Assembly: GCF_038025025.1 (NCBI RefSeq)
Contig: NW_027117352.1
Coordinates: forward strand, 248,001 to 312,000
DNA length: 64,000 nt
Origin: Phyllosticta citribraziliensis
Taxonomy: Eukaryota
Reading direction: 5' to 3'
A program made the translations under genes and the position numbers. Below are positions 50,290 through 63,687 of this stretch, piece by piece. Below the pieces are notes generated by a model that searched no databases, was not told the origin of the DNA, and saw only the letters and a program-made list of their open reading frames with translations. The stretch's first letter is position 1. Each line of letters starts with the position of its first letter.

Positions 50290-52557
50290 ATGGGCCGTAT
50301 GCGTCGTCGATACGGCAATGGCGTATGTCGTACCTGTTGGAATCTCAAATGCGAAGAGTTTGAGTGGGCCTTCATGGCCCACGGCGGCTTCGAGTTCGCC
50401 ACTCGACAAGACTGGAAAAGTCATCTCCTCTACACCACCTTCAATAAAATTGAACAATCTTCAGCTAGCGGCTGTGTATTCTGTTCAATCCTTCAGGATG
50501 GTATCAACAAGTTTTGGCCTCTTGAGATAGACCGGAATTTTGACTTCACAAAGAATGTGCTCGCCCGGTACGAAAACGGCCTTGGATGGAATCTGAATCC
50601 GAGCACCAACGACCTGCCAAAGAAGCAGACATGGAGACTCTGTATTGAGATACGACCAGGACGCAGCCTGCTCTTGTCCAGGATCGACCAACAGTGCTCC
50701 GCAGCGATGGCGGATAGGCGCAATTGCAACAGTGATTTTTGTGTTTTTGGCTCTTGGAGAGCTCCGATCGAGTTCTTCACTCCAAATGGTGCGTTAAGAT
50801 ACAGACGATCACACTGTTCTCATTTTACTAACAGTAATGCAGGAAAGACCCCTTTCCATGAAACTTTCGGGTCGTCTGTAGATGTACCCGCAACACTGAA
50901 GCTTGACTACATCAACCAAAAATTGACAAGATGGCTTTCAGAATGCAGTTCGAAGCACAGCTACTGCAGTAGCAGCAATTTTATTTCGGATTCGGTCTGT
51001 CCAAAACGGCTCATCCAAACGACATACGGCAAAGTACGGCTTGTCGAGCTGCCGCCAGATTCTCAAGTCTCTTACACAACGCTCAGCCACTGCTGGGGAT
51101 CTAACTCGACAAACATCCTCCGAACCCTGACTACCAACATTGCGTCCATGCGCGAGTCCATCGATTGGAATAGCATTCCACCCACTTTTCAGGATGCCAT
51201 CAGGATTACGCGATTGTTGTCGTGCGGATACATCTGGATTGATTCGCTGTGTATCATCCAGGACGACAAGAACGACTGGCAGGAGCAATCGGCGCAAATG
51301 GCCATGGTATACAGCAACTCGTTTCTCAACATTGCCGCTACTGCGTCCAAAGATAGCCATGGAGGATTGTTTGCATCTCGAGTGCTTGCCGTTAATCCGC
51401 CTCCCCAAGACGACACGAGACCTTTGGAGTCACATGCACTTCGCGATAACATGGTTGCTCGTATACACTTTCACCAAGCCCACGAGCCTTTTTTTGGGAC
51501 GAGTCTGTCCGATTCCGCGGTGAGCGTTCCTGATTTTACAAGAACACATGGAAAACCTTTTCCTTTGCTTCAGCGAGCGTGGGTCTTCCAAGAACGGATG
51601 CTCTCGCGTCGGACGGTCCACTTCACACCGTCTGAAATGGTCTGGGAATGCAGAGAGCACACAAGATGCGAGTGCGGAGGTTACGACGACACCGACAAAG
51701 ATATTGAGTATCCGAGGACTAACACCAAGACGATATTTAGCAGAGTAATCTGTGGAAAAGGAACGGAACTTCGTTCCTTGAACAGCGCTTGGCGGAACTG
51801 CGTTGCAAAATACTCCCAGTTGAACATCTCGATGAGCACGGATTGGCCTCATGCGATGGCTGGGCTTGCTATTCGACTCGTGCCACTCTTCAAGAGCAAC
51901 TACATTGCAGGAATGTGGGAAGGACATTTCCCCTACTGCCTGCTGTGGAAACCAGCCGTGGGCACCGTCAAAGGTTACAACACATCAACTCGCGAATGGC
52001 CGTTCCATACGTACTCCTTTCCAAGCGGACCACCAACTTGGTCTTGGTTCAACTGCAGAGCGGCAATCGAATCCGGGGTTGGCGAAATGAAATACCGTTT
52101 CGCAGGTCTTAAATCACAAGACGAGTGTGCAGACCTCGTCAAATTCGAGTTTGGCGATGCTATCGCCGAGGCTGACGATCAGCAATCAGCGGGCTTTCAA
52201 GTCGACCATCATGGCAGACCGTTGTACTTGACCGGACCTTTACAGGAATGCCGCATTTGGCTACCCTTGTCACCCGAGCATCCCGAAGTCAAAGTCAAAC
52301 TCCACGGCCGGGAAGACTGCGAAGACCATGGAGTATTCAAGATTTCGCTGGATTTCCAAGCTCCGGAATCTTTGGCCGGTAGTTGGTACCCTATTTATTG
52401 CCTCAGAATCTATGAGGGAAAGTCGGGCGGTCAAGAAAGCCTCGTTCTTGCCGCGTTCCCGGGCGAGAGTTTCTACGTGCGGGTTGGCACTGGCTTGTCG
52501 TATCAGAAGCAAAACCCGTTCAAGGATGCAAAGGTCTGCCGAGTCGAGGTGCGTTGA
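50290..52557 (+). CDS. HET (heterokaryon incompatibility) domain protein
   Basis: PKRLI, YTTLSHCWG, PPTFQDAI, YIWIDSLCIIQDD, MAMVYSNSFLNIAA, LLQRAWVFQERMLSRR and PTWSW motifs. A probable in-frame 54-nt intron lies at about 50789-50842. Confidence 0.93.
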   Translation: MGRMRRRYGNGVCRTCWNLKCEEFEWAFMAHGGFEFATRQDWKSHLLYTTFNKIEQSSASGCVFCSILQDGINKFWPLEIDRNFDFTKNVLARYENGLGWNLNPSTNDLPKKQTWRLCIEIRPGRSLLLSRIDQQCSAAMADRRNCNSDFCVFGSWRAPIEFFTPNGALRYRRSHCSHFTNSNAGKTPFHETFGSSVDVPATLKLDYINQKLTRWLSECSSKHSYCSSSNFISDSVCPKRLIQTTYGKVRLVELPPDSQVSYTTLSHCWGSNSTNILRTLTTNIASMRESIDWNSIPPTFQDAIRITRLLSCGYIWIDSLCIIQDDKNDWQEQSAQMAMVYSNSFLNIAATASKDSHGGLFASRVLAVNPPPQDDTRPLESHALRDNMVARIHFHQAHEPFFGTSLSDSAVSVPDFTRTHGKPFPLLQRAWVFQERMLSRRTVHFTPSEMVWECREHTRCECGGYDDTDKDIEYPRTNTKTIFSRVICGKGTELRSLNSAWRNCVAKYSQLNISMSTDWPHAMAGLAIRLVPLFKSNYIAGMWEGHFPYCLLWKPAVGTVKGYNTSTREWPFHTYSFPSGPPTWSWFNCRAAIESGVGEMKYRFAGLKSQDECADLVKFEFGDAIAEADDQQSAGFQVDHHGRPLYLTGPLQECRIWLPLSPEHPEVKVKLHGREDCEDHGVFKISLDFQAPESLAGSWYPIYCLRIYEGKSGGQESLVLAAFPGESFYVRVGTGLSYQKQNPFKDAKVCRVEVR

Positions 52558-53544
52558 GGCAGCAACTGAGTTGGTTGAGTTGTGAAATGACGACGCGCAG
52601 CACATGTGCCGCGTTCGCGTTTGCATTCGGGGAAAATCAACAGTAAATGGCGTGGATATTGGCTGATAAGTCATGGCCGCATGCAACCAACCATTCGTCC
52701 TCTCGCATAAATACTCTCTGGATCAAACAAAGCCACCATTACTATTATAAGCACAATACTCACGGCAATCATCTGAGTTACTACTCCTTCTTCAAAGATA
52801 CTATTACTTGCAACGTCCGCCCAGGATCAATCCTCCTTAAAACTCACACCAACTCATTAAAGAACTAACACAGGGACACACAACACAGGCACAGACATAC
52901 AACACCACATAGCTAGCCAGCCCTCACCACACCACCCAACCCCTCAGACCCAACACACGGCAAAACCAGCATCCAACATACGCCTCATCCCCATCAACAA
53001 ACCGACCGACCAAACAAAGGAATCGGGCTCAACACCAACCCCCGTCAACCGTTGGATGGATCCCGTCGGCGTAAGGTAGAGCGGCGTATGGGCATGGGGG
53101 GAGAGAGAGAGAGAACTATAGTTCCAAGGCGAATGCAAGTCTTTGACTGTCAGAAAGCTACTGCTTTGTGCGGAAACTTCGTGTGTGGCGCGCTCGGAGC
53201 TCTGAGCCCGATGGCCCGCTGCTGCTGCTGCTGCTGCTGCCGCCTCCTCTTGCATCTGATGGTCTTCTTGCCTCTTTGCTGCGCGTGTGCGACAGGATGG
53301 CACGCGATGCTCCTCCCCCTTCGTCCGTCCATCCGTCCCGTCTTTCAGACTGACAGGGCCGACCGCCGCCGCACGCGCACATGCATTTGTACATGCCCTC
53401 AGGCAGTCGTCGACACTGGCAGCGCTGGCCTTGCCCTTTCTTTGCCTTCGTCTTCATCATCAAAAACGACCGAACCCAGCAGCAACAAACGCAGCGCGCA
53501 ACGCACATGTGTTGGCCGGAAAAAAAGAAAAAAAAAAGGGAAAG

Positions 53545-53969
53545 GGGTTAAATTCTCAATCCACACGATATTATACCACCCCGCTCACTATCCACCCTCT
53601 TAAACTAAATATACCCTCCCCGTATCCCATCTTAATTAGGCAAGTTACCTATTATTTTTAAGTTCTTATATAATTACCACTACTACTACCACCACTACTA
53701 CCACCACCACTACCACTACTATACTCCTACACGCGCGCGCCTATAGTGATAGGGTAGAAATAAGAATAATAAGGTAGTACTAATTAGGCTAGTAAGGTTA
53801 AAAAGTGTGTATAAAATACTAGGAGTAAGATTATAATATAAGAGAACAGTGAAAATTTTGCTACTTATGGGCCCCCTTGCTTATATAATTCATAGGAGGG
53901 TGGATTTAGTTTAAGAGGGTGGATACTGAGCAATGGGGAGGGTGGGAGTGTGGATTGAGATTGTGTCCC
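53545..53969. mobile_element. Non-autonomous TIR element (MITE-like) with AT-rich, RIP-like interior
   Basis: About 75-bp imperfect inverted repeats (53545-53619 and 53895-53969) share TCTCAATCCACAC and TATCCACCCTCTTAAACTAAAT and have GGG...CCC ends. The interior is rich in TpA. Confidence 0.75.
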
Positions 53970-55332
53970 AAAAAAAAAGAGGAACAGAAAGAAGTTAGAG
54001 GTCGAGGTGCTTGGACAGAACAAAGACGTGATCAATTCCAGTCGTCTCCAGCCCTCTCTGCCTGCGTACACGCATCCATCCGCTGCTGCTGTTGCAGCGG
54101 CGGCGGCACGGCAGGCATTATTCGCATGCATACATACATGATCGCCACGTCGGTCTGTCTGTCTGTCTGTCTCGACCAACCCATCAACCCATCAACCCAT
54201 CAACCGCACTCGTCCACACACCAGCCCAGCCCAGCCCAGCCCAGCCCAGCCGCCGCCGCCGCCGAGGCCGCCATGCGCTCGCTCGCTTGCTCGATCTCTT
54301 ACACCCTACCGACCCGACTGCACCGCGAGCCAGACGAGACGAATGTCGACAAAGACTAGAGAGAAGGAATAGAAAACACGCTCGCTCCACCGCCACCGCA
54401 AAAACAGTCCGGTTCAGTCCACTCAGCAGCACACATCCCGTTCTCAGCAATCCAAGTGCGACAAAGTAAGTAATACACCACCCATACCCATCACCGTCCC
54501 AGCCCATCCATCCATCAACCAGAAGAAGAAAAGATGTCCGACGACTGACGACCTGACGACGAAGAAGATGAAATTTTCTCTTACCCCAACCAATCCAAAC
54601 GCTTTGCCCGACGACCGACAGCAAAAGGGAAGAAAAGTCGAAAAAGAAGAAGAAGAAAGAAAGAATAAGACGGCCAAGATGATACCACGGCTACTAATAC
54701 AGGGTTATAAGTGTGAAAGAAAAAGGGAAGAAATCCTTGGTTTGGCGGTCTCTTTTCGCGACGAAGAGTCGAGGGATAGAATAGGGGAAAAGGTGAGAGA
54801 GAGGGTGAGAGAGGTGAGGTGTGGATGGAGAAAATGGAGACGAGCGGGTCGACGTGCGCTCGACGTGTTGGTGAAAGAGTTGTAGAGGCCGCGTGGCCAA
54901 GGGGCGCAAACGTCGGAAACATGTAACGAGTCTCGTCGACAGACACACCTCAAGCCACTGCTCGTCGACGATTTACTTCGCCGTTGCAAGCAATCTCAGC
55001 AAGGCGGCATGCCCACCAAGCGAGCTCGCAGCAGGAAATTTTGGCCGCGTCCCACGTTCCAGCGTGGCTAAACGGGGGCGCAGCAGTTCGGCGCAGGAAG
55101 GGCGCCGGCGCCGCCCCATCTACCACGCTCTGGCCTGGACAATCACGACCGTGGTGCGGCGCCGCTTGTGCAGCGACCGCCGGCCGCGCGTCTGGTTCCA
55201 CGTCGCAAACTTGACGAGCGGAGTCCTGTCGCAGCAAGCAAGAGCATCAGCCAAGGCAGCCCCGCAAGACTTTTTGTTTGGTGTGCGGCGTAGGAGGTGA
55301 GGTGTGTGTGGACGGGTGACCAAGAGTGTCGC

Positions 55333-58300
55333 TTAGGCCACCGATTCTCCTCCGTCTCTTCCCATGGCTTCGAGGAACTCGCGAGCCTCGTCGGGAATCG
55401 CCTGCCGCGCTTCAGGGGCAGAGGTGAAGGAGTCGGCGGCTGACATGGTGTCTCTGCCCTCTTCGGCCGGGCCCTCGGCAGCGGCAGCCTTTGCCTTTTC
55501 GTTCGCCAACACGGCCTTCTCCTGCTCCCTCTCCTCGCGCTCCTTGTATATCTTGGTCTTGGTGTCATGCGCAAAGTGGAGCGCTTCAATGTACGTCTTG
55601 AACTTGATGAGTTCCTTGAGGAGGTATTCGGACTTTTTCTGAAAGTTTGTCATGGCCCTGCCGGCGTTCGGGTGGCGCGGGGAGAACTGTGACGGGGAGA
55701 GGGTAGAGTTAGCGGATTGCGCGTGGGCAGTGCTTGGACGACGCGCGGCTTGCAAGGACGACGAAGCAGACAAATCAAAGGTGCGAGGATCGAGCGCAAA
55801 CAACGTTTGGAAATCAAAATCAGACGAGGGCTGGGTTGTTTGATCCAAGGAATGGACGTGCAACTGCAGTCCATACGACACGCACAGGCCGACGTCCTGG
55901 TGGACATCTCCGCGCGAGTCGGACGGCAGCGGCAGTCCGAGTGGAAAACGATCATGGGAATCGCACGGAATACCTACCGCGATGAGCATCGGTGCCCTCA
56001 GCTCCTGATGCTTCGACAGCTCCTCTTCGACGCTCTTGACGTAGGCGGCGAGAGCCTTGAGCTGATCCACTTCCATCAAGTTGCTAGCCATCATGCTTGG
56101 CGTCGGTGGCTTCCAGTCGGAAATTGGCACTTTGTCTCCGGGCAACCTGGGCTTGATGGTGGCAGAGCCGTGGTCAATCGAACTCCGGATGGAGCTTTGA
56201 AGGCTTGGTCTTGGCATTCCGACATTGTTCGACATGGGCGACGTGTCTGGGCGGTTGATTCCAATGAGCGCGGGGTTGATGACACCCTCGCCCCATCCGT
56301 ACTCCAAGTTGCTGACTCCGCCAACGAGCGGCTCCTTTGAGAGGCGCGCAGCCCAGTAATTGGCCGTGTTGACAAACTCCTTGACAATGTCGGTCGTGTT
56401 TGCCTGGAACAAGTGGACAGCACCAGTAGGGAGAGAAAGAGCCCACACGTGCGGCCTTTGCTTGGAGTAGCCGGGAGGCGGCAAGATGGTGGCCAAAGTC
56501 TGGCGCAAGAGGAACGACTGGAGCTCCTCGGCATTGTCAAGCCAATTGCCACCTCCGACAACATCGCCCGCCGACGGCCTGCGCTTTCCTTTGTTGCGGG
56601 TCGACTTTCCGTGCGAGGGGAAGGTGAAGAGCTTCATGTAGCCCTTTTCAATGACGGCAAACACTTCGTTCCAATTGCGGTCCTTGAAGCGCTTCTGCAT
56701 CGACTCCAAATGGAACTTGTGCTTCAACATGCCCTCCTTGGCCCACGGTGGACCATGGAGCTCCAGTGTTTCGTCCTCCAACAGCGGCGCGGTGCGGCCA
56801 AAGTCCTCGCTGCTCGTGGGAACGTGGTTTTCCTCGCGGATCATGGCTTGGTTCAAGAGGTTCGCAAAACCAATCGAAGGGTTGTGGTCCACGGGCGAGA
56901 AATGAGAGCCTAGGGATTCAACTGACATGGATGTACCAGTCTTTCCAATAGAATAGCTGCTCCACTTACTCGAAGGTGCTGGGCTCCACACTGAAGGTTC
57001 TTCGAGGCTAGTCCGGCTCGAGCCCAGCGTTGAGTTGGGGTAGATCCTGGGGCGCGAACGTGCCTTTGGATTCCAGCGCGAAGTGGAGCGAAAGTCTGGG
57101 GTCCGGCCACGGTAGCTCGTCGTGTCGGAGGGAGCCTTGCTGAGAACCGAGGGTGTGCGACGCAACACTCCGCTGACAGACAGGCTGTTAGACGAGGTAG
57201 TCGGGTTACTGGAGTCGCCGTGCAGCGGCAAGCGTTGAGTCTTGATGGAGTTGTAAAACTCTTTGAGCACCACCTCGACCTGGGACTCCCACGCCTTCAT
57301 GGGTCCATCGAACGGTGCCTTGACCAACGCGGTGCATCGGTCACCAGAGCCAGAGTCGTAGGCGTACCCATCCGATTCTGGTCGATGAGAAATGGCTGGT
57401 TTGATGGAAAGGCGGTTCTTCGACCGCTTGGTGCCAAGTTCAGTAGAACCCCGGTCGCCATGATACTCGCCCGTCGGCGATGAGGGAAAGTCGTCCAGCG
57501 GCGTGTTACTCCGAGAATAGTCGTCGTGGTTACCATTGCTTTCTGAAAGCTCGGCCTCGACAACGCTGGTGATAGTCGGCAGGGTATTCTTGACAAACTG
57601 ACTACGGGTCATCTTGGACTCAATGTCGGCCATGTGGAGATCGGTGTTGAGGAGCAGCAACGAGTAGCAAATGGTATGCACGGCACCTGTGATTTTGTCA
57701 GCGTTTACACCTACCAAAAGATATATGGCAATTACCTGGCGACTTGAACCCGTGATTCGGGTTGCATTCGCACCACCTCAGCGCAAACGCATCGAGAACA
57801 CGGTCGACTTCTTGCGTCTCACCCTTCAACACCAGGCGGCTGCAAAGATCTCGCATCGCAAGCAAAATGTTAAAGCCCGACCACTCGTACAGTTCCATGT
57901 AGGCCTTGCGGCACCGCGCGCTGACCGCAGTCTTTTCGCCAAGCCATGCCGCAGCCCTGGATTTGGAGACAAAAGTCTCAATGCCCTCAAACACCTGCCT
58001 CGCCTTTTCGCGGTCGTCATCCGTCGGCTCTTCATCGATAGCAGTCAACGGGCGGCGCGCCTCGATCGATGGTCGGGTTTCGTGACCGTCAATTTGCAAC
58101 ACGGGCAGGTTCGAGGCGGGATGGTACGTGTCGCTCAAAGTGTCAGGGTCCGGCTGCTTTCGCGTTCCCTCAAGCGGCAAGGCGAGATCCGACACGTCCT
58201 CGCCGTACCCCTCGTCAGACGAATCTGGATGCAACCAGACCCGGGGTTTGCCATCGCTGACGTCACTTCCGCTTGCGTCCTGCCGCGCAGGATTCATAAT

Positions 58301-60454
58301 GACCCAGCTGTCCTCGTCCTCCATCTCCCTTTGCAGCGTCCGGTGTGGCGTGATGTTGATAGAGGGCTGGAGGTCGGAGCGTCGTTCGCCGTTCGCCTTG
58401 GGTCGAGCATTCTCCTGGCCGGGAAGCGGTGCGAGCTGAGGCGGGACGGGGCTGGTGGCAGGTCTCCTGGACTGCTGCTCGGGGACGGCCATGGAGGGAC
58501 CCTTTTCGGCGGGGGAAGGGCTCGAGGCTTTATCCTCCGCGCCGCTGCTGTCGGCCAGGAAGGACGAGTCGTCGTTCGCCCTGCTGCCCTTGCTGCGTTT
58601 CACCGTCAGTTTGTACTTAGGGCTTTGCTGCACATCGTCGGAAGCAGGTGGCACGCTGTCGTCCGTTCCACGGGAGCCCGGTTTGACGGGGCGGATTGTA
58701 GCATCCTTGTGGGGCTTGTACTCTGGGGAGAAACCAGGCACTTTATCTACTCCATCGTGGGGAGGGCGCTGATGTTCTCGGCTGTCATAGTGCGACGCCG
58801 CGGGCGAGTCGCTCCTCGGGTCGTTAAGATAGGGGGTCATTATCTGACGCAGGCTCGTCACCGAGGCACTAGGTACCACGGATTCTGGGAGCTCCGTGCG
58901 AGCTTGGCCCGGGGGAGGCATAGGCGGGGCAGCCGTTTGTTCGGTTACGGATCTCTTGCGACGTCGAAAAAACGACGAATTCTTTTTGTTCAGCACAGGG
59001 GGCGGGCGCTGGTCGTCTTTGGCGTGCGTGTTGCTGCTGTGCGGGTGCTGGGATGCTGCATAACGTCAGTACTTGGAAGCGTATGATTCGCTGCATTTGG
59101 ACGCACCATGCAACGAGTTTGCAGGCGTCGTCGAAGGACGCCTGTTGTTGGGTTCAGGAGACCGTTGCCGTTGCTGATCTGGAGGCGGTAGGCCCGCCGT
59201 CTTCGGCGATTCTTGTACCTGTTGGTTGTTTTTCCTGGCGCCAAAAACTCGGCTGAAGAAGCCACGCTGCTGCTCCTTGGGCTGAGCTGGCGTCTGGGTC
59301 GCGGGCGAGCCGACTCTGCTGTTGGACGCCGAATCTGCAAAGGCCGAGAGAGATGGGAGCCTTGGGAGTTCGTGGTTGCTCGACGAGTTGACAGCGTTGA
59401 CAAACTCTTTGGCCTGACTTCGGATGTTCTCGTCGGGGCCTGCACCTCCTCCTCCTCCTCCGCCGCCTCGAGGCTTCCCATTCCACTGCCCCTTGCTAGA
59501 TGACGATCGGAGGCTATTTTTACGCGGTATGGGGCCCGGCGTTGCAGACGTATGCGCTGGCGGCGGCGAAAAGGCCTCTCCCTGGGAAAAGTCGTAGCTG
59601 GAGCTCGATGTCGGGGCACCCTGGTGCCGCCGAGACCCTGTCGGAATGGTTGGAGTGGGCGCCGCATCGTAACCGCTAAACGACATGACATCCGGCCGGC
59701 CTCTCTCCATGATGGACTCGTGTTGTTGCTGGAAGCCGGATCGGTCTCCAAATTTTTGGTCAAAGGCGGGCGACAGGTTCAGTCGGTGGTCTGCCGGACG
59801 CCCAGTCGGAGTGCTGTAGCCAAGGTCGAGGCTGGATGCTGAACTACCCTTGCTGCCCTTTCTCCCAGCGCCTCTGACATGGTGTGAGTATCCGTCGTCG
59901 CCAAAGGGCCTGGAGCGGTGGGCGTCGGTGCTTGGTGCGCGCGAGCCGGCGCTGTCTATGCGGTCCAAGGCGGAGCGGAAGTTTTGGGGGGCGTTTCCGC
60001 GGGGGTCTCGGCGGGAGAAGCGGGACAGGTAGTCTTCGGGGGCGTCGTAGTTGACGGAGAAGGAGTTTTCGCTGCCGTGGGTGCGGAGGATGCGCGGAGG
60101 GGAGAAGCGGGCGAGGGTGGAGCGGTAGAAGTCTTGGTCGTCGTCGTAGCGCAGAGACGAGGACGAGGGGAAGGTGTCACTGCCGGAGGGCAAGTTCTCC
60201 AATGAGAAGAGCATGTTTTCGACGACCGAGGAGCGTGTGACATCCCTGAACTTGAGGTCGTGCGAATCGCGCGACAGACGCGACAGGTCGGTTGCTGTGC
60301 TACGTCTCTTGTCGGTGGGCGTCTCGTCGGCGAAGAAGGTTCCCGAGGGGGAGGAGCCGGAAGCAGCAGCAGGAGCTCGTTGCGCATGCATGGGCGGAGT
60401 CCGGGGAGGAGAGGACCTGGCCGAGCGGTCGTTTGAGGAAGTAGTGCCCGTCAT
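55333..60454 (-). CDS. Sec7-domain Arf guanine-nucleotide exchange factor with PH domain (Syt1/Yel1-like)
   Basis: LVLKGETQEVDRVLDAF and HTICYSLLLLNTDLH are Sec7 motifs. The PH region includes PWAKEGMLKHK, LPPPGYSKQRPHVWALSLP and ANYWAARLSKEPL. Introns at about 59056-59106, about 57688-57735 and 55687-55977. Confidence 0.92.
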
Positions 60455-62813
60455 GAGAGCGGCGGCAAGGGAATGCGAATGCGCGTTGGCTTGGTGGCGG
60501 GCGGCGATGCGAAGGCGCGAGGCTCATGGGCGCAGCGTCGAGGTGTCACGGCGCCAATGGCTGGAGGAGACGCGAATTGGGAGATTAGATATGGCGTCAG
60601 TGGAGGGCGGTGTACATGTGCACTTGATGTAGGAGCAGAGCACAGTGCAATGGTGGTGAGTACTGTAGATGCCGGGAGCCGTCGAGTGCAGCCCCTGGAC
60701 CCGGACCCGGACCCGGACCTGGACCTGGACCTGGAGGAGCTGGGGGACCAACGGCGGCGGCGGAGAAAATGGACGGTCGTCTACAAGACAGGGCAAGGCA
60801 AGACAAGACAGACAAGACAATGGACGGTGGTTGTGCGACGGCGACGACGAGGTTAAAATCAATCTGCGGGGCACTGATGGTTTCAGTCGCGAGACAGGGA
60901 AGCCGAGCAAGAGCATACATTAGCATCCAACGAAGCTTTTCTGCAAGGGCCGCAGCTGATGCATCTGCGCTGCGCTGCTGCTCTCCGCTCCACGTTTAGT
61001 TCGCTTTGTTGCGCGCGCGCGGATCGGAGAGCGGTTTGGCGGCCGCGCTACCTTATGCCAGTGGAGGCCTTTCCTTTGCACCGAGAGAGCCTCACCCTCT
61101 TTGTCCGTGTGCTCTTTGTTGTCTCATTTCCCGTCGACTTCTCGTCTTGCTCGCACGCGATAAGCTGAGTGAGCTGAGCCCTTTGTTTCAAACGCTGCCA
61201 ACGCATCCTTGTCCCCCTCATCCTGTTCCTCTCGCCTCCCCAGACGCCCATCCCCGTCGCAGTCGCAGTCGCAGCACCTGTCCCTGTCCCTGTCGACCAC
61301 ACAGGCACAAAACGAACCACTCCCAGCCGAGCCATGGATGCGCGCTTCCTAAACGAGCACCTCGTCATCTCCAGTCTCGTCTCGTCTCGTCTCCAATATT
61401 CTCGACACAGACCTCTTTGCCCATCTTTCGCTCCAACCGGCCAAGAGGGAATTGCGACGCGCCGCTCCAACCGTTCCTTCACTCACCTGACGATTTGCCT
61501 GATTTTTTGACGGGCAACTGACAGCTACACAACCAACACTATACCTATGTATGTACACGGGCGGCATTCTGCCAAAAGTTGCTTCCGTTCTGTCATGGTG
61601 GCCGATATTATCATTATTATTATTATCAATCACATCTAATGTATTTTCCCGTCCCTCCGTCCGTCTTTTCCCCGTCCGCACCACCACCACCACCACCACC
61701 ACCACATCCACAAACTCTAACCATCAATCATCGTCGTCCATCGTCGTGACAGAAACACCCCCTCCACACCTCAGCCTATTCCATCCATCTCCATCTCTAT
61801 CCAACACAACTATGTACCTATACCCTCCCCCGCCTTAACCTCCTCCCATCCATCCATCCCTCCCGCATCCGCTCCTCCGCCCGCCCGCCGCCCGCCGCAA
61901 CACCCAAACGCTCCCGTCTGTCGGGCCCCGTCGACATGCTGTACCTTACCTCACCTCACCTCACTGTATCTAAGACTTTATACTTTCGCCAAAGAAGCTG
62001 CTGCAAACACTGACTGACGTGCATTGTGGCTTGCTTGCATGCCTGCCTGCCTGCTTGCCATCATCCATGACTCGCGTGCTGAGGCCATTTTTTGAGTTTG
62101 GTCGTCACGGTACCTGCCTGCGTATAAGGTGCTTAGTCGGCCAGTTGGAGGTGGGTGGGTGGTTGATCGTGGGCGTCTGACTCTCGTCCTGTTGTTTCTT
62201 TTATGCTTGGTCGATACCTTTTTTTTTTTTTTTTTCTTTTTTTCTTTTTTGCGTGTGTGTGTTTGTACAAGTTGGATGATGTACTGTAGGTGATTTGTAG
62301 AGCCAAGGGGGTTATGTAGGCAGTAGATCCCTGTGTGGCACCTATCCACTCACCTACCTAACTACCACCTAGTTACGCACATGAGTAGATCGATCAGATT
62401 AGCTACTCCTGTTCACGGCTGATGGTCCGGAGATGGGCGACGACGTAGCGAAGTGGTCATGACGATGGCCAACAAAGCAACACACCACGACAGCTAGATG
62501 GGAGAGAGGGACATGGAGCTGGAGAGAGAAACCGAAGCCCATCCATTCATCCATTTCGTCTTTCCTCGACCTGTCTGTCTGTCTGTCTGTCTGTCTTTCT
62601 CGATATGCGTCTCTTTTGTCTCGCGTCTGTTCGTCTGTTTTTCGTCTCTTGCAGGCTATGCTGGCTACATGCACCTATGCAACGCACGCTCCATCCACCA
62701 CTTCCCGGCGGCCCATCGAGTGAGTGGCACGGGGTGTTTTTGTCGTTGTTGTTGAGTGTTTGCTCGCTCGACGCACTCACGCTACCCCCTCTCCCCTCCA
62801 CCACACCCCGCAC

Positions 62814-63687
62814 TCATTTCTTGCCCTTCTTCTTGTTCGCCAACTTGTTCTTCTGCAGCATACGCTGCCTCTCATCGCGCGCAATCTGATCCGCCTTGGC
62901 CTTCTCATGCTCCGCACGCTCCTCGGCCTCGGCCTTCTTGCGCGCCGCCTCCTGCTCGCGCCGCTCGCGCACCAGCGCCAGCCTCTCCAGATCCGCGCGC
63001 GCCTGGTCCGTCTTGCCCTCGGCGTGCAGCTTCTGGTAACGCTCCTTCGCCTGCTGTGCCTGCAGCGCCTCGCGCTCGCGCCGCGACAGCTGGCTCATGG
63101 GCGTCTTGCTGCTGCTGCTGCTGGGCTTGGGCTTGGGCGCGGCTGCTGCCGTCGTGGCTTCTTCTTTGGTCTTGGGCGCCGCCGCTTGCTTCTGCGCTTT
63201 CGCCGTGTGGTTCGGGTTGGCCGGCATGTCGGCGTCGTCCTCGCTGGACTCGTCTTCTTCGTCCGAGGACGGTGGCAGGTCGCCCGGCTCCGCGGCGCGC
63301 TGCGCTGCCTTGGCCTTGGCCGCCTCCTTGCGCGCCTTTGCTGCCGCGCGCCGCTCCTCGCGCGTCATCTCAGAGGCCTGCTGCTTGGGCCCGTCGTCGT
63401 CGGACGACTCGTCCGACTCGCTGTCGTCGTCTTCCTCGGACGAGCTGTCGTTGTCTTGCGCCTTGTCGCGCGGCTCGCCCCACATGCCCTCGACTTCGCC
63501 GTTGGGGCCGAGTGGCTGCAGGTTGCGGCTGAAGTGCTTGCCGCCTGTGTGGAGAGGGGTCCTGTTAGTTTGCTGTGCTGTGGACTGCGCGGGATGGGTA
63601 GGATGGTGGGTGAGGGGAGGTGAGGCGAGGGCACTTACCGCCCCGCTTGGGCTTCATGAATTTGCCGCCGCGGCCTCTGCTAGACAT
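62814..63687 (-). CDS. PP28 / PDAP1 (HASPP28)-like heat- and acid-stable phosphoprotein
   Basis: [22 protein letters not shown] (intron about 63545-63638), acidic Ser-rich tracts and [38 protein letters not shown]. Confidence 0.9.

Noticed and set aside
60697..62250. Hexamer (GGACCC/GGACCT), (ACC)n and poly-T runs
   Set aside because: These are ordinary intergenic microsatellites with no spacer structure, so they are not CRISPR-like.
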